Positions 12,749 through 25,834 of a DNA stretch of 64,000 nt are shown here, one piece after another. The notes below the pieces were generated by a model. It searched no databases and had not been told where the DNA came from. It saw only the letters and a list, made by a program, of their open reading frames with translations. Location of the stretch: positions 90,832,001 through 90,896,000 of the forward strand of contig NC_087436.1 of assembly GCF_036321535.1 (NCBI RefSeq), read 5' to 3'. This DNA is from Camelus dromedarius. Lineage: Eukaryota. The number at the start of each line of letters is the position of its first letter. The stretch's first letter is position 1. The translations under genes were made by a program, and so were the position numbers.

Positions 12749-13661
12749 CTGTGATTCACTCAAAAGAACAGCAACTGCACATCTCAGAATGGACAATGTA
12801 TATTCAGTGTGTATAATTAGTGAGCAATACCTATTCATAAGGTGTGACCTTAGTGACACATTTGGATTTATAAGTTTCTGGTTTCTGTATTTACACAGCT
12901 GCTTAACCTCAATTGTCAAGCCAAGAGCCTCGGGAACTTCTAATTAGCATAACTGCTGGCAATTGTTAGGAGTTATGACAAGTATATGCCACTAATTTCC
13001 AAGTCTGATTTCATCACTGGAGCCCTAGAAAGTAAATTTAGTTTTCAAGAATAAATTTAGTAAGAAGACAATCAAATTTTTATAAATATGTCCTAAAAGC
13101 ATTAGCAATAAAGTATCTTGTTTGTGACGCTGCATAGCTTACAGGATCCCCACACTGGAAAAGCTGTTCACTATTTGCTGTGTACCCAGTCAAGCTGGTC
13201 TCATTACAATCGAGCACCATAATTTTACACCTGCCGTCATCAGAGCTATAACAGGAGCAGAGCACATCAGTCTCGTGTCACACGGCCATATGTTCCTTTT
13301 GACGTACGAGCCTTATGAAGGAACCTCTGCAAGAACTAAAGAAGATCCGCAGAGGGTGTCAGGCTTTAGAGTTGTTGGTCAGGGCTGTAAACAACATCGG
13401 CAAAGAAATCTAAGATTCTGTTCTCCAAAGTGGGAAAGAGCGACCACAACAAATACACACACATGACACTGTAAGCACACAGGCCCAGCAGCCCTACTTC
13501 TTAGGTTATGCACGTGAGAAAACCAGAGAGTCTTTTCATAAAATTTTAAAGGCCATAGCCCCTTTTCATTTCTTTGCTCAGAAAATGAATTGTAGAGACT
13601 TCCAGTTGCAAGTAGGATGTAACAATAACAGGATCTACGGCAGAATATGCTCCTATATAAC

Positions 13662-13686
13662 TGTGTGTGTGTGTGTGTGTGTGTGT
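13662..13686. repeat. (TG)n microsatellite
   Basis: Directly visible. Confidence 0.9.
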
Positions 13687-14339
13687 AGTATTATATATAT
13701 ACCAAAGCATTAGAGAGAGCTGTAGGAAAGAGGAATGATGACCTGAAACATCAGAATACCAAAAAGGGGAGAGCTCTGTGAGGGAATAATCTGGACATTT
13801 TCTTTTGTAGTAGGTCGGCCAGCAGCCCTGTTCCTGTGGGGACATTTTCCAACTGGGTGCGAGCCGAGGATGTATGCTACCAGGGTAAAGAGAAATCAGA
13901 GAAGTTTTTGACAGGCATAAAGTGCTAGTGTAATAATTTGAAAATGCCACGAACCCTAGACATGCAATTAGATTTTCCCCATGATACGTCTATTATCTTT
14001 CAGAAAGGAAAGAGTGACTCACCAGGCTCTTGGTAAAAAGTTTAGACAGGACACGTCAGAGGAAAGAAAAAGAAAAGGTAGACAGAATCTCAACAAACCT
14101 GCAGCCCAGCCCTGATCCAATCCAGCCTCAAACTAGGTTGAGATAATGAGCCCCTTATCTTACCTGCTTAACAGAGGAAAGCCAAGCCTTTGGGTAAAAG
14201 ATAGTATGATTTGGAGCTTCAACACAATGTCTCTTTAAACACAAAGACTGTCACACAAGTGAATCTTGACATGCAAAGAGGCAGAAAATGTGACGGACAG
14301 TCAAAAGAAAGCCAAACAACGGAAGCAAGCTGAAGAGAT

Positions 14340-14850
14340 TGCGGCAGCCAGCCACCAAGTTGGTCCCCTGTGATACCTCCCTCCTGGTATTTTACCCTAT
14401 TGCAGTCCCCTCCCTCTCTGAATAGGGCTGACTTTGTAACTATAAGGATATGGCAGAAATGTAACTTCCAAGATTAAGTCATAAAAGACTTTATACTGTC
14501 TGCCTAACTGCCTCTCAGATCTTCCACTCTGGGGGAAGCCAGCTGTCATGTCATGAGGATTTCCAAGCAGCCCTATAGGAGTCCATGTAAAGCCTCTTGC
14601 CGATAGCCAGCAAGGGACCAAAGAGTCCTACTAACCACCATGTGAGAGCACCATCTTGGAAATGGATCTTCTGGTTCCAGTCAAAACTTCGGATGTCTTG
14701 AGACCCGGCTCACATCTTAACTGCAACCTTACAGCAGGCACCAAGTTAGAACCCTTCAGCTGAGCAGTTCTTGAATTCCTGACCATTATTACTGTGTGCT
14801 ATATTAAAAGTTTATTATTGTTTTAAGCCACTAAGTTTGGAGTAATTGAA
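14340..14850 (+). mobile_element. MaLR LTR (MLT1F-like)
   Basis: 'tgcggcagccagcc...ctccctcctggtatt...gtcccctccct...tgttttaagccactaagtttggagtaatt'. Confidence 0.75.
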
Positions 14851-15423
14851 AAATCAAATAGATTTTTGTATTTTGTGGTGGAGTCCCACCATGACAAACA
14901 CAACAACAACAACGGCAGCAACAAAATAGAGAAGTGGCTTTGGAAAGAGGGGAGTTTCCAGAAAGTGAGAACCTGGACAGACTTTGAGGAGAGTGTTAAT
15001 GATGTCTTTGGAGCTTTGAAGAGAGAGATAGTAGAAACTTATTGGTCTTTTCCCTAAAGGTCTTTTCAGAAACTGCCAATGGGGGGACTAAAATCCAACT
15101 TTCTACAAATAATTTTATACTCTTCAGAAAACCTGGGTACAAAGCCTACAGAATGCTAGAGAGCCATCCAGGACCAGCCCTGGATCTCTCAGACCTACAC
15201 CGAAACACCATCAAACCTAATCATTCTTTTCTGCACACGAAACTGTCATCCCTCAGAGGAAGTACTTGCAAATCTTATATCTGAAAAGGAGTTAATATCC
15301 AGAATATATGAAGAACTCATACAGCTCATCCCAAATAGTTCCTGCCACAATGGATCCTCTATCAGAACCACACAGCAGCATCCAAATTAGAGAAAACATG
15401 CTACATCATTGCTTTGCCCAAAA

Positions 15424-15647
15424 CAGAGGTTTTAAATGGAGTAAGGGAGGGAGAGGAGATTTTGCCCCCTTGGGACACATTTGATCTTGTCTGGGGACAT
15501 TTTTGATTGTCACAACTAGAATAATGCAGCAATCTAATGAGTAGAGGGCAAAGATGATGCTAAACATTCTACGATGCACATGACAGCTCCCTACAACAAA
15601 GAATAATAGGGCCCAAATGTCAATAGGGCCAAAGTTGAGAAACCCTG
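15424..15647 (+). mobile_element. MER20 hAT-Charlie MITE
   Basis: 'gattttgcccccttgggacacattt...gacatttttgattgtcacaact...ggcccaaatgtcaatagggccaaagttgagaaaccctg'. Confidence 0.85.
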
Positions 15648-17663
15648 GCTCCCAAAAATCTCTGTTTAATCCATTTAGAATTATAGTTTACTCATTCAAA
15701 AAATTTTTTTTCATTGTATTGCCCTTGCAACATTACAGATATTTCTCAGCAGAGACCCAGAATGAGGAGACTTCTACTCTCATTTGTCTGGAAGAAGGGA
15801 AACTTCAGTTCTAATGGCTCCACTCTGAGGCCACTTTACAAAGGAGCTGCCGAACACCACCCATCTATAAACAGAATTTCACACACAGTTAAACTCAGAT
15901 TCAGAAATCTCTTTCACACTGATTTGCATTTTCCTTAAGTTAAAATAAGAGCAAAAATTTTGAAATAAGTATAATTCATTCTGGATACTTGTAAAAGTAC
16001 ACTATGATTGAAAAAATACCTTGAGGATTTTCTTACTGAAATATTATCAGCACTTCATACTCATTCTGCAAAGAATTGAATCCGTGGTATAAACAAATTT
16101 GTACTGAAGAAACACACCTATTGCCTAGTTCCTCTTATATGTATATTGATAAACAATAAATATCCTGCTCTACTATTCAATGATTCACTCAAACCCAATA
16201 AGCAGACACGAATAGAAGAAAAGCAGACATGTCATTTCGCTGTTGTCATCTGTAATGAGTTCGTTTCTAGCTGTTTATTAGGTACATTAAGAAGTTTGTG
16301 TTTCCTAAGAGCAGGCAGAATTAACACAATACACTGCTAATTACACTACATGATTATTTTAATAGTGATAGCTACACAAATGACATCTGATTTGGCCTTT
16401 GAATATATACATAAAGTGCTATAAAGTTTCTTTTCTGGTAGCCAATTTTATATCCATTAAGAGAGAAAAGATTGTGTGAAGCAGTGTTATGAACTTTTGA
16501 GAAGCAACTATGGTAAAGTCATTTGGATTTAGTGGATTCAAAATATAGCACGAAAAATTTAACACATTATCTTCCAAATCAAGATATATCAGTCTCTTGC
16601 TTTGTTACCTTACAGTTTCTAAGAGATGGGGATAATAAGGTACCCAGAAATCTAGAATGAAGAGAGACATTTTCAAAAAAAAAAAGTTGTGAAGTGATCT
16701 ATGTAGATGCATAGAAACTGAGTTATTTCCTTTAGCAAACTTATTCAATACTGCACATTGTTACAGAATCACAGCTTTGTAAGGGATGAGAGATCATTTT
16801 GTCTTGCTTCCTCATCTTATTTGCAATGAAATGAATCTGATAGAAATTACTTGACTCAAGCTCTGAAATTCAGGCAGTGCCAGATTTATATAACTCACAT
16901 TTCCCACTACTCATTCCATTAGCAACTTCACGTTGGGATAAGATATTTGAGAAATTTTAACTTGACGACTAAGTTTACACAAAATGCTGTCAAATTTGGC
17001 AAGACGACTTTTTAAGGTAACTTTTAAGGTAGTATGGAAAATATTGAAGGAAAAAAAAAAAAAAACCAGTTGATTCCCTGAATAACCCCAGCAGCAATTT
17101 TTCAGGTAGCCTAGAAATCCGGTCTCTGACCTGAGAGGTTGTGAGCTACAAGGCCTCCAGTTAAAGCTAATGCTGATACGCAGAGAGGCATCAGAGAACA
17201 GTACATTTTCATGCCAGCAAGACTGAAACCCAGATTATTAATTCCAAGTGTTCCAGTTAGAATGATCCTGCCCTCATTCAAATCCCCAACATGAGGAAAC
17301 AGCAGGGAAAAACAGGTTTTCTTCTAGAGCAAAACCTATGGAGCAGATAGCCCCACTTGCCCCAGACAGAAATGTGCATCACCAGCCCTGCCTGCACCGT
17401 CAATTTCTCTGAGCCCAACCTCGTGTCATTTTGCAGCCTTTACCCACGCCCCCCAATTCAACAGAAACACAAGGTTAAAGAATTCCAGTAATAACATACC
17501 GCACTCTGAAATATAATGTAGAGAACATACACACACTTGCCTGTTTAGCCTCCTGTGCCTTGAATGTGGCTCCAGGGAACTCCCAGGAGGAATATCTCTG
17601 TTTCATTCAGTTCTACATTAGGGATCTAAGGTATTTTGTCCGTTTTGTGGACCGATCACCTAC

Positions 17664-18110
17664 TGTGACGGTTAACTTTATGTGTCTACTCGACTAGGCT
17701 AAATGATGCCCAGATAGCTGGTAAAACATTATTTCTGGATGCATCCAGGAAAGTGTCTCTGAAAGAGATTAGCATTTGACTCAGTAGACCAAATAAAGAC
17801 CACCCACCCTCACCAAAGAGGGCAATTTTCCAAAATGCTGAGGGCTTGAAGTGAATAAAAAGACGGAGAAACGGAAAATTCTCTCTCTCCTTGTCTTCTT
17901 GAGTTGGGATGTCCATCTTCTGCATCAGATATCAGAGCTCCTGGTTCTCTGGCCTTTGGACGCTAGGACTTACACTAGTGGCCCTTCAGCCCCAGACTGA
18001 ATTGTACCACTGGTTTTCCTGCTTTTCCAGATGGCAGAGGGCAGACTGTGGGGCTTCTCAGCCTCCATAAGCAAGTAAGCCAATTCCTGTAACAAATCTC
18101 CATATATATG
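17664..18110 (+). mobile_element. ERV-L LTR (MLT2-like)
   Basis: 'tgtgacggttaactttatgtgtc.actcgactaggct...gcccagatagctggtaaaacattatttctgg' matches the MLT2 5' end. Confidence 0.85.
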
Positions 18111-18114
18111 TATG

Positions 18115-19120
18115 GAACTATTTCAGAACTCTCTCTGGAAATTAAGTAAAGATTTTAACAATCTAAGGCAGCATTTAAAAATGGCTAAATCTCGGTATAA
18201 CAGTGAGCTTTGTAGCATTTTAATTGCTCTATTCACATTCTGTTCTCTCCAGGTCCACACAACCTCACAACCACTGTACCTGTGAAGACCAGGCGCCTAG
18301 CAGCCTCTAGGAGGAAGCAGACAGGAGGAGGCAGATGTTTTGGAGCTGCCCCCAAAGTCCCATTCCCAGAGAATTATCATTATTTAACTTGTCTGGTAGC
18401 ACCCTAGGAAAACACTATTCACAGAGCTTGCCTTTACCTGACCTAACACAGCACTCATTTACTGTGAAAAGCTCTGCCCTAAGAAGGATTTGTTAAAAGT
18501 AATCAGTGGCCCTATTTAACACTGCAGCTCCTTGAGCTGTGATACTAGTTGGGTATAACAAAGGACTGGCAAAGACTCTCAAAAGACAAATCTTGGGAAT
18601 TAGATGTATATAAGAGGCTTTTAAAAGCTTTGACATATTCCTGGGGGATATAGTAGGCTGTCCTCCTACACAGAGCTGTGTGCATGCCTAGGAAATATCT
18701 GATTTGGCTTAAATCTCACATCTCTGGCTCACCTTGAGACTCTACAAGCAGGAAGTAAAAGATTAAAATAAAGCTGTAAAACACTGTAAGGTTAAAGGCA
18801 TACCGTAACATACAGAGTCCCAGAGCAAAGACCGAGAGATTTTTGGTTTGAGGCAATTAAAGAAATCCCTGTCAATCATTAGCAGACCATCAAGCATATT
18901 AAGTAGAGACTTCAGTGGCCACACACAAAAAATACAGACTTTATAGAATTAGCCCAGAGAAGTCATTACACAAACAGAAAGAAACAACAGTAGCAACAAT
19001 AACAACAAAAACAACAAACAGCAATAACAGAAAACCCTGAGCAGGAGGAGAAATATAATTTCCCAAGTTACCATATCGCATGACTTAAAATGTTCACTCT
19101 TCAACAAAATTTAAAAAGGT
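18115..19120 (+). mobile_element. Old LINE-1 5' region (L1M-type)
   Basis: Contains 'tttcagaactctctctggaaattaag', 'gagactttcagtggccacacac'-like and 'aaaatgttcactcttcaacaaaat' segments, resembling an L1M 5'UTR up to the start of ORF1. Confidence 0.55.
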
Positions 19121-19896
19121 GTACACAGTCACCTACAACTCTCCAATCTGTTCAGTGCTATACCTTTAAGAATTCACTGCATTCTGTGAGAGATAAAAAG
19201 GATCAAGGAGCTGGAAAAATCCAGGTAAACATTGCTTCACACCTTTTAATAACAGCTATGTCTTGTGTAATATTAGATGCACTGTGAAACTGATAGCGTT
19301 GAAGAAATTATAACCACCCCCTTCAAAATAAAAAAAAAAAAGAGGAAAGATTTTTAATTTCCAATACACACAAAAAAAGAAGCAAGCTGATTTCTACCTT
19401 GACCTTGCCACAGGGAATTTCACATCTTATACAAGAGTTGGAGCTGCCGATTGAAGAATCTCCATGATCACAAGTAAAAAGGCAAGTCTTTTCAGGACAG
19501 AATTTTGTTACTGTGGGAGAAAACAAAATTTAAATATCTCTTAGTTATGGAAATGTCGATATAACCCAAGTAGGCAGCCAATGCCCTGAGGACAGCATAT
19601 AACAGAACACTCTTCTCCTATGGCTTGGCGAAAGCTGACCTTGAATAATCCCTTCGAGTGCAGAGATGAGGTGGAACGCGGGTAAAATCTGTTTGCCAAA
19701 AGGTCCTAGATACCCTCTGGGTTATTCTTTTTATATATATATAACCATCTTAGCCACATGTGAGGCGGGCATTGGAGAAATGCTCTCCTTGCTTCCTGAG
19801 CAGCTTCCCCAGCTGTCTCCTGCAGCCTAGAATCTCAGTCCCAGTCTCAGTCCCACTGGTCCTGGCTGTGCTTTTTCTGTCCGTGTATTCCTGAGC

Positions 19897-20038
19897 AATA
19901 GAGGAGTAGTGGGGAAAGGGTTATTATGGGATTATATGAAATCACGTGTGTGAAACTTTTGATAAGTGTAAAGCAGTATAGAATTTAAAGACTCTTTCAT
20001 TCAACTAAAGAATTTTTTAAATAAATAAATAAACAAAA
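19897..20038 (+). mobile_element. Short LINE-1 3' end
   Basis: 'ttatatgaaatcacgtgtgtgaaacttttg...tgtaaagcagtatagaatttaaaga', followed by a (TAAA)n tail. Confidence 0.6.
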
Positions 20039-21489
20039 ACTCACAAGTGGTTTAAACACTTTAAGATGAATATACATGGCGCAATGGATAATGCGTGTTC
20101 CACTAGGATGATGAAAATCCCCTGTAAATCCTACTAATGGGTTCTTACTCAGTGCTCAGAGTTCTGTATCATAGGGTGGACATAGTAACTTAGGAAAATA
20201 CTTACAACAATAAAGTATTGGAACTATTTTCTAGTTTTTCTGTTCTGTAAATGCCATAGTGCCTATTAACATATGAAGAAAATATTAACATAAATAATCG
20301 ATAAACTGGGTAATCGGCACTGCAACCCCATTTTTTTCAAACTCATAGACTTTTGAGTATTTTCAAACGTAGATGGTTTCTTAACAACCTATTATTTTAC
20401 TTTATTTAAAACAAGAATGATCCTGTGTTAGTTAAGTCTAGGAGTGATTAATACTGCATTATGCTGTTCAAGGAATTCTGCCACAGTGAGGAATTCTCAT
20501 AAAGACAGCAAATAGGCAAAGTGAGCATTTTAAAAATACATTGATCAAGAGCTTGTGATGTCCAAGGTATTACATGATTAACAGCCACTTTTCTCCAGAC
20601 TAAATTTTAAGAAAAATTCTAGGTAGAGAGAATTTATTTAACATACACCTTTCCAACAAACCAAATTATATCAATTTCATCTATTGATGTTGGAATTCTA
20701 CTTTGTGGACATGATGATGATATTGTACTTAGTGTGACATCACACCCTTTCTTCCTTTGCGTTTCAAAGACAAATAAGCCAGAGAAGTAACCACACAGGG
20801 GCTTCAAGCACTGCAACGTTGGTTAGAATTCTTGTGCATCTGCAGCCACTTGAACAGAGCTGTGCTTACCTATCTGCGAGGACACTCTTGTCTATTTCCC
20901 CAAATTATCTCCTCTTTCAACACTGCTTTTACAAAAGTAGTGATTTCTGGTGTGACTGGGATTCTTTAAATACTAATTAGCCAACTGACTAATCCCAGAA
21001 ACGAGAATATTATTCAGTATCAATATTAATATGATACAGGCTTTTTTAAAAAATGATTCATAATGAAGCATTTTAGATAATTAAAGATAACAGTTTATAA
21101 CTTTAAGTCCTATTTAAAATAGAAAAACAAATTATTATTTTATACTATAACAGCCATATCCATTTTTAATTTGATTTGACTAATTCAAAAAGATTTTTAA
21201 AATTTTTGTGTTTTTCCAAATTTAAGACAACATCTGGCACTAATTTCCTACCTGGGATTTTTAAACTTGATAATTAGAGAAGAAACTGAAGTTTAATTCT
21301 TTCAATCCTACTGATAATTGAATCATCTAAGGATTAAAAAAAAAAAAGGTAGATTTGAAACTTGAGTTTCTTGGATAATTATAAACATAGAAACATAAAA
21401 ACATGCACTAATAGATTTTATCTAAAGACTTTTGACAGTTCGAATGATTGATAAAAATGACAAAAATTACAATCAAAAGGAAAGAAAAA

Positions 21490-22833
21490 CTGGACAGCAG
21501 CATAAAAATCAATGAAGCTAGAACAGTCCCTTACACCATACACAAAAATAAACTCAAAATGGATCAAAAACTTAAACATAAGACAAGATACAATAAACCT
21601 CCTAGAAGAAAATATAGGCAAAACATTACCTCACATACATCTCAAAAATGTTCTCCTAGAACAGTCTTCCCAAGCAATAGAAATAAAAGCAAGAATAAAC
21701 AAATGGGACCTAATGAAACTTAAAAGCTTCTACACAGCAAAGGAAACCATAAGTAAAACTAAAAAAACAACCTACGGAAGGGGAGAAAATTTTTGCAGAT
21801 GAAACCAATGAAGGCTTGATCTCCAGAATATATAAGTAGCACATATGACTTAATAAGAAAAAAACAAACAACCCAATCCAAAAATGGGCAGAAGACCTAA
21901 ACAAGCAATTCTCCAAGGAAGACATACAAATGATCAATTGGCACATGAAAAAATGCTCAATATCACTAATAATCAGAGAAATGTAAATCAGAACTACAAT
22001 GAGGTATCACCTCACACCAGCCAGAATGGCCATCATTCAAAAGTCCACAAATGACAAATGCTGGAGAGGCTGTGGAGAAAAGGGAATCCTCCTACACTGC
22101 TGGTGGGAAAGCAGTTTGGTGCAGCCACTGTGGAAAACTGTATGGAGATTCCTCAAAAGACCAGGAATAGACTTACCATATGACCCAGGAATTCCACTCC
22201 TGGGCATATATCCAGAAGGAACCCTACTTCAAAAAGACACCTGCACCCCAATGTTCATAGCAGCACTATTTACATTGGCCAAGACATGGAAACAGCCTAA
22301 ATGTCCACCAACAGATGACTGGATGAAGAAGAGGTGATATATTTATACAATGGAATATTATTCAGCCATAAAAATGACAACATAATGCCATTTGCAGCAA
22401 CATGGATGTCCCTGGAGAATGTCATTCTAAGTGAACTAAGCCAGAAAGAGAAAGAAAAATACCATATGAGATCACTCATATGTGGAATCTAAAAAAAAAA
22501 AAAAAGAAGAAGAAGAAGATAAATACAAAACAGAAACAGACTCATAGACATAGAATACAAACTTGTGGTTGCCAAGGGGGAGGGGGGTGGGAAGGGATAG
22601 ACTGGGAGCTCAAAATTTGTAGATACTGACAGGCATATGTAGAATAGATAAACAAGATTATACTGTATAGCACAGAGAAATATGTACAAGATCTTATGGT
22701 AGCTCACAGCAAAAAAAAATGTGATAATGAATATATGCATGTTCATGTATAACTGAAAAATTGTGCTGTACACTGGAATTTGACACAGCATTGTAAAATG
22801 ATTACAACTCAATAAAAAAAAGTTTAAAAAAAA
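21490..22833 (+). mobile_element. Young 5'-truncated LINE-1 (ORF2 C-terminus, 3'UTR, poly-A) with a 16-bp TSD
   Basis: ORFs 21512-21802 (LTPYTKINSKWIK) and 21999-22337 (MRYHLTP...[15 protein letters not shown]) are L1 ORF2. The TSD CAAAAGGAAAGAAAAA is at 21474-21489 and 22834-22849. Confidence 0.97.
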
Positions 22834-23124
22834 CAAAAGGAAAGAAAAAAATTGTATATGGAAGATATACACAAGATCTGTGTCCTCTGTAAACTGGTCA
22901 GCTAGATTCAACTCCAATACTAGAAAACCAAAACTGACTATACAGCAAGCTCCTTGTTGTTACATAACTAGTGATGCTAGTTTTCACTTTGCTTACTCTT
23001 CCTATTAAATCTACCCTGGATTCCAACCAAAATACATTATTGTTCTTGCAGAAACTCCCTACTACTATATCTATACCTTGGCTAATGTTTTCCCTCTGCA
23101 CGGAATTCCTGTCGACCCTTCAAG

Positions 23125-23253
23125 AAGTTTGACCAACTTGCACCATTTGCCTGGAACTGTCCCAGTTTGTCCAGGACTCTCCTGGTTTTAGCACAGAAGT
23201 CCTACATCCCTGGAAAACTCTTCACCCCCAAAAAACTACGATCATTCACTCTA
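23125..23253 (+). mobile_element. MER81-like hAT-Blackjack MITE
   Basis: 'tgaccaact...tgtcccagtttgtccaggactctcctggttttagcacagaagtcc'. Confidence 0.6.
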
Positions 23254-23474
23254 CCTTCAGGACCAAGCCTAACAACCTTCATTCCTTCTCTACTTTATCA
23301 GCCCACTCACTTGAATGCAGACTAGAAAGTGTCACTCTTCAAAACCGATTCACCACTGAATGCCTAAAATCCATTGTGTCCATCACCATCTGTTATAATA
23401 CTATAGCTTTCACACTTTTTAACATTAAAAAAAAAACTCATATCAATTGACTCCTTCCTTGCATCAAGGATTTT

Positions 23475-23967
23475 TTGTACTCCACACAAATCTATAATCT
23501 GCTTTTCTGCAAACTGCACTCTGTACCAGGAGGCTTGCTGATGTACTGTCTCAACCAGTCAGTATCTTTCGCAGCTCTGGTTTTTGAATGAATTCAGCCC
23601 ATGAACTTCAGGCATGATGTCAGAGGGTGGGAGGAGAGTGAGATGGGGAATTTATTTATTGTCCTGTCTCCTTCTACTACCAAAGGCCACGTTCCATTTT
23701 CAGCTGTTTTCTCCAGTAGTTAAACTCTCTCATCATCCTCTTTCTCTTTCCCTCTCCCGCTTGGTCATTGTGTGTCTCATCCTTTCTCTCTCTCTCCACT
23801 CTCTTCTTCTGTAGCCTTTCAGACCTGGGGTATGTAACAGCTCCCCACTGTTGATAGACCTTGGGAGCTGTACCATGCTTTATTAATTGCTCGAATTTTA
23901 GTATATAAACTCTTACCTCTTTTAAGAATACCATTTTCTATTTTCTACTAGAATCTGAGTGACACAG
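23475..23967 (+). mobile_element. ERV-L LTR (LTR33-like)
   Basis: 'gagggtgggaggagagtgagatgggg...ttcagacctggggtatgtaacagctccccactgttg...tgacaca'. Confidence 0.55.
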
Positions 23968-25712
23968 CCATTGTCTCCGAATCTATAAAGCCTTTTAGCT
24001 GCACTTCCAAATTCAATTTGAGAATTCATTATTTCAATCTCTGTCTTGCCAGCATCCTTAACCATCTAACTTCTTAGTCTTCCTGGTTGTATCCATTCAG
24101 CAATTTCTCTAAATTTGATCATATAAATACTATCCTACCTTTTTCTGTTATTACCCTAGTGGTTAAACATAGCTGGCAAAAATCACACATTCAAGCAGAT
24201 TAGTAACTCCTGAAGTAAAGAGGTGAATATTTCAAGAATCACTGGACTGGAGGCCTGAGGAGATCAAAAGAAAGCAAAATAGCCTTCCCCTGCCTCCCTC
24301 TTCCTAGAATACAACCTGAACCAGCAGAGTCCTTCACAGGGATCCATTCTGAAGCCCGTTTACTAAAACTGTGAGCAGGATCATGGATGGCCTAGCAGAA
24401 AAAGACAACCTAATATATTGTCACTAAATATCGAGCTTTGGCTGCTTAAATACCACCCACTTGTGGTCAGGAGCATCGCAGAGCAGGGGGCCTTGCTGAT
24501 CGTCTGCATGGGGTTTCATAGTGCAGAAGAGAAAAGCATTAGGAAGGGGAAAGAAGCAGCAGCAGACAGAGCCTGGAGGAATTACTCAGAATCTGACATC
24601 AACTTCTAACCCCAGATCATATTTGTATTCTTAAAATAGCTCACACATCACAGAAGATTGAAGGAAAAAGAGAGTTAAAGACTACTGAGTGACACTAAAT
24701 TTAACTTTTTCCCGAAAAGACCATAAAAACCCTGCAAAGGCGATTATCCTTGAGGAACTAGCGAAAAACTATTCCCTCTCAAATTAGAACAGTCAAACCA
24801 TGAGCGGCTGCATGGAAATTATCCCTGCTGTTGATTCAAGCATGTCTCTCAATAAAGGCACCCTTTCCATAGTATTTAGAGATTTCATTAGGAGTGACTG
24901 TGCATTTTTATTAAAAACGAAGGTAGCTGAGGCTGCTCCCACTGGCTGTGATCAGGTCATCATGTTAGTAACAAAAGATGAGAATATTTTGCTTTGCCTA
25001 GCTAATGATGAGCAGGAATATACAAATCATTTCATTTATTAAGAGGAAAACAAAAGTTTAAGGAACCACGAATCCTGGGAGCTACCTGTACCAGAAGCGT
25101 GTTTAGTGTGATTCCTGTTTAGATTTCACCAATGAGAGGCACTTGTTAGAAAGACACAGGCCGTTACCCTTCTTCTGTATGATTGAATGTGTGGGCTTAG
25201 CAGATGGGAAGTTTTGCTAGAGCCTCCGGGTGTTCACCCACGAATCACCTGCCTTGGTGTTAAATACAGCTGTGCCCATCATGGACGGGTTTCTGAATTT
25301 CTTGAACCAGATAAAGAGAGTAACACCCTTTCACAGAAAACTGCAGAGAACCTGAGAGTGGTGGCCTCCCCTGATCTTTACTCCTCCAGTGTTTCCGTTA
25401 AGTTTTAAAGCAGTTTCTTCTCGGTATAAAAACTTTCCTTCTCAAAATACTTAGTTTGTTTTCCTGACCAAAATCTTGAGAGAGATAAGGTGTCTTTCTC
25501 ATGATCAGTCAGCTAATCAAACTCTTTTTTATTCTATAAAACAGAATTCTTAATACTATGCCAAACACTGAAGCAGTACACCTCTGTCTCATAGCGTGGT
25601 AGGCATGAAAAGGGACTGTTTCAGTGAAAAAGTGGAGCAAAGAAGGCAGAGTAGTTAACTGCCACCCTCTCCCTAAAGGGGATGGACAATCAAAGATTAA
25701 GAATTAGCAGGA

Positions 25713-25834
25713 AGGCGGGGAGGGTATAGTTCAGTGGTAGAGTGCATGCTTAGCATGCACAAGGTCCCTGGGTTCAATCCCCAGTATTGTTGAAAAACAA
25801 TAAATATAAACCTAGTTGCCCCCCCCCCAAAAAA
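25713..25834 (+). mobile_element. tRNA-Ala(AGC)-derived SINE (camelid Vic-1 type)
   Basis: The head GGGTATAGTTCAGTGGTAGAGTGCATGCTTAGCATGCACAAGGTCCCTGGGTTCAATCCCCAGTA carries A/B boxes and an AGC anticodon. A non-tRNA tail with a C-run and poly-A follows. The TSD is AAGAATTAGCAGGA (25699-25712) / AAGAATAAGCAGGA (25835-25848). Confidence 0.9.

Noticed and set aside
22489..22917. 142-aa hydrophobic ORF
   Set aside because: It is an antisense reading of the L1 3'UTR and poly-A.
25718..25790. Possible tRNA-Ala gene
   Set aside because: The 3' acceptor stem is missing, CpGs have decayed, and a SINE tail with TSD is present, so it is a retroposon.
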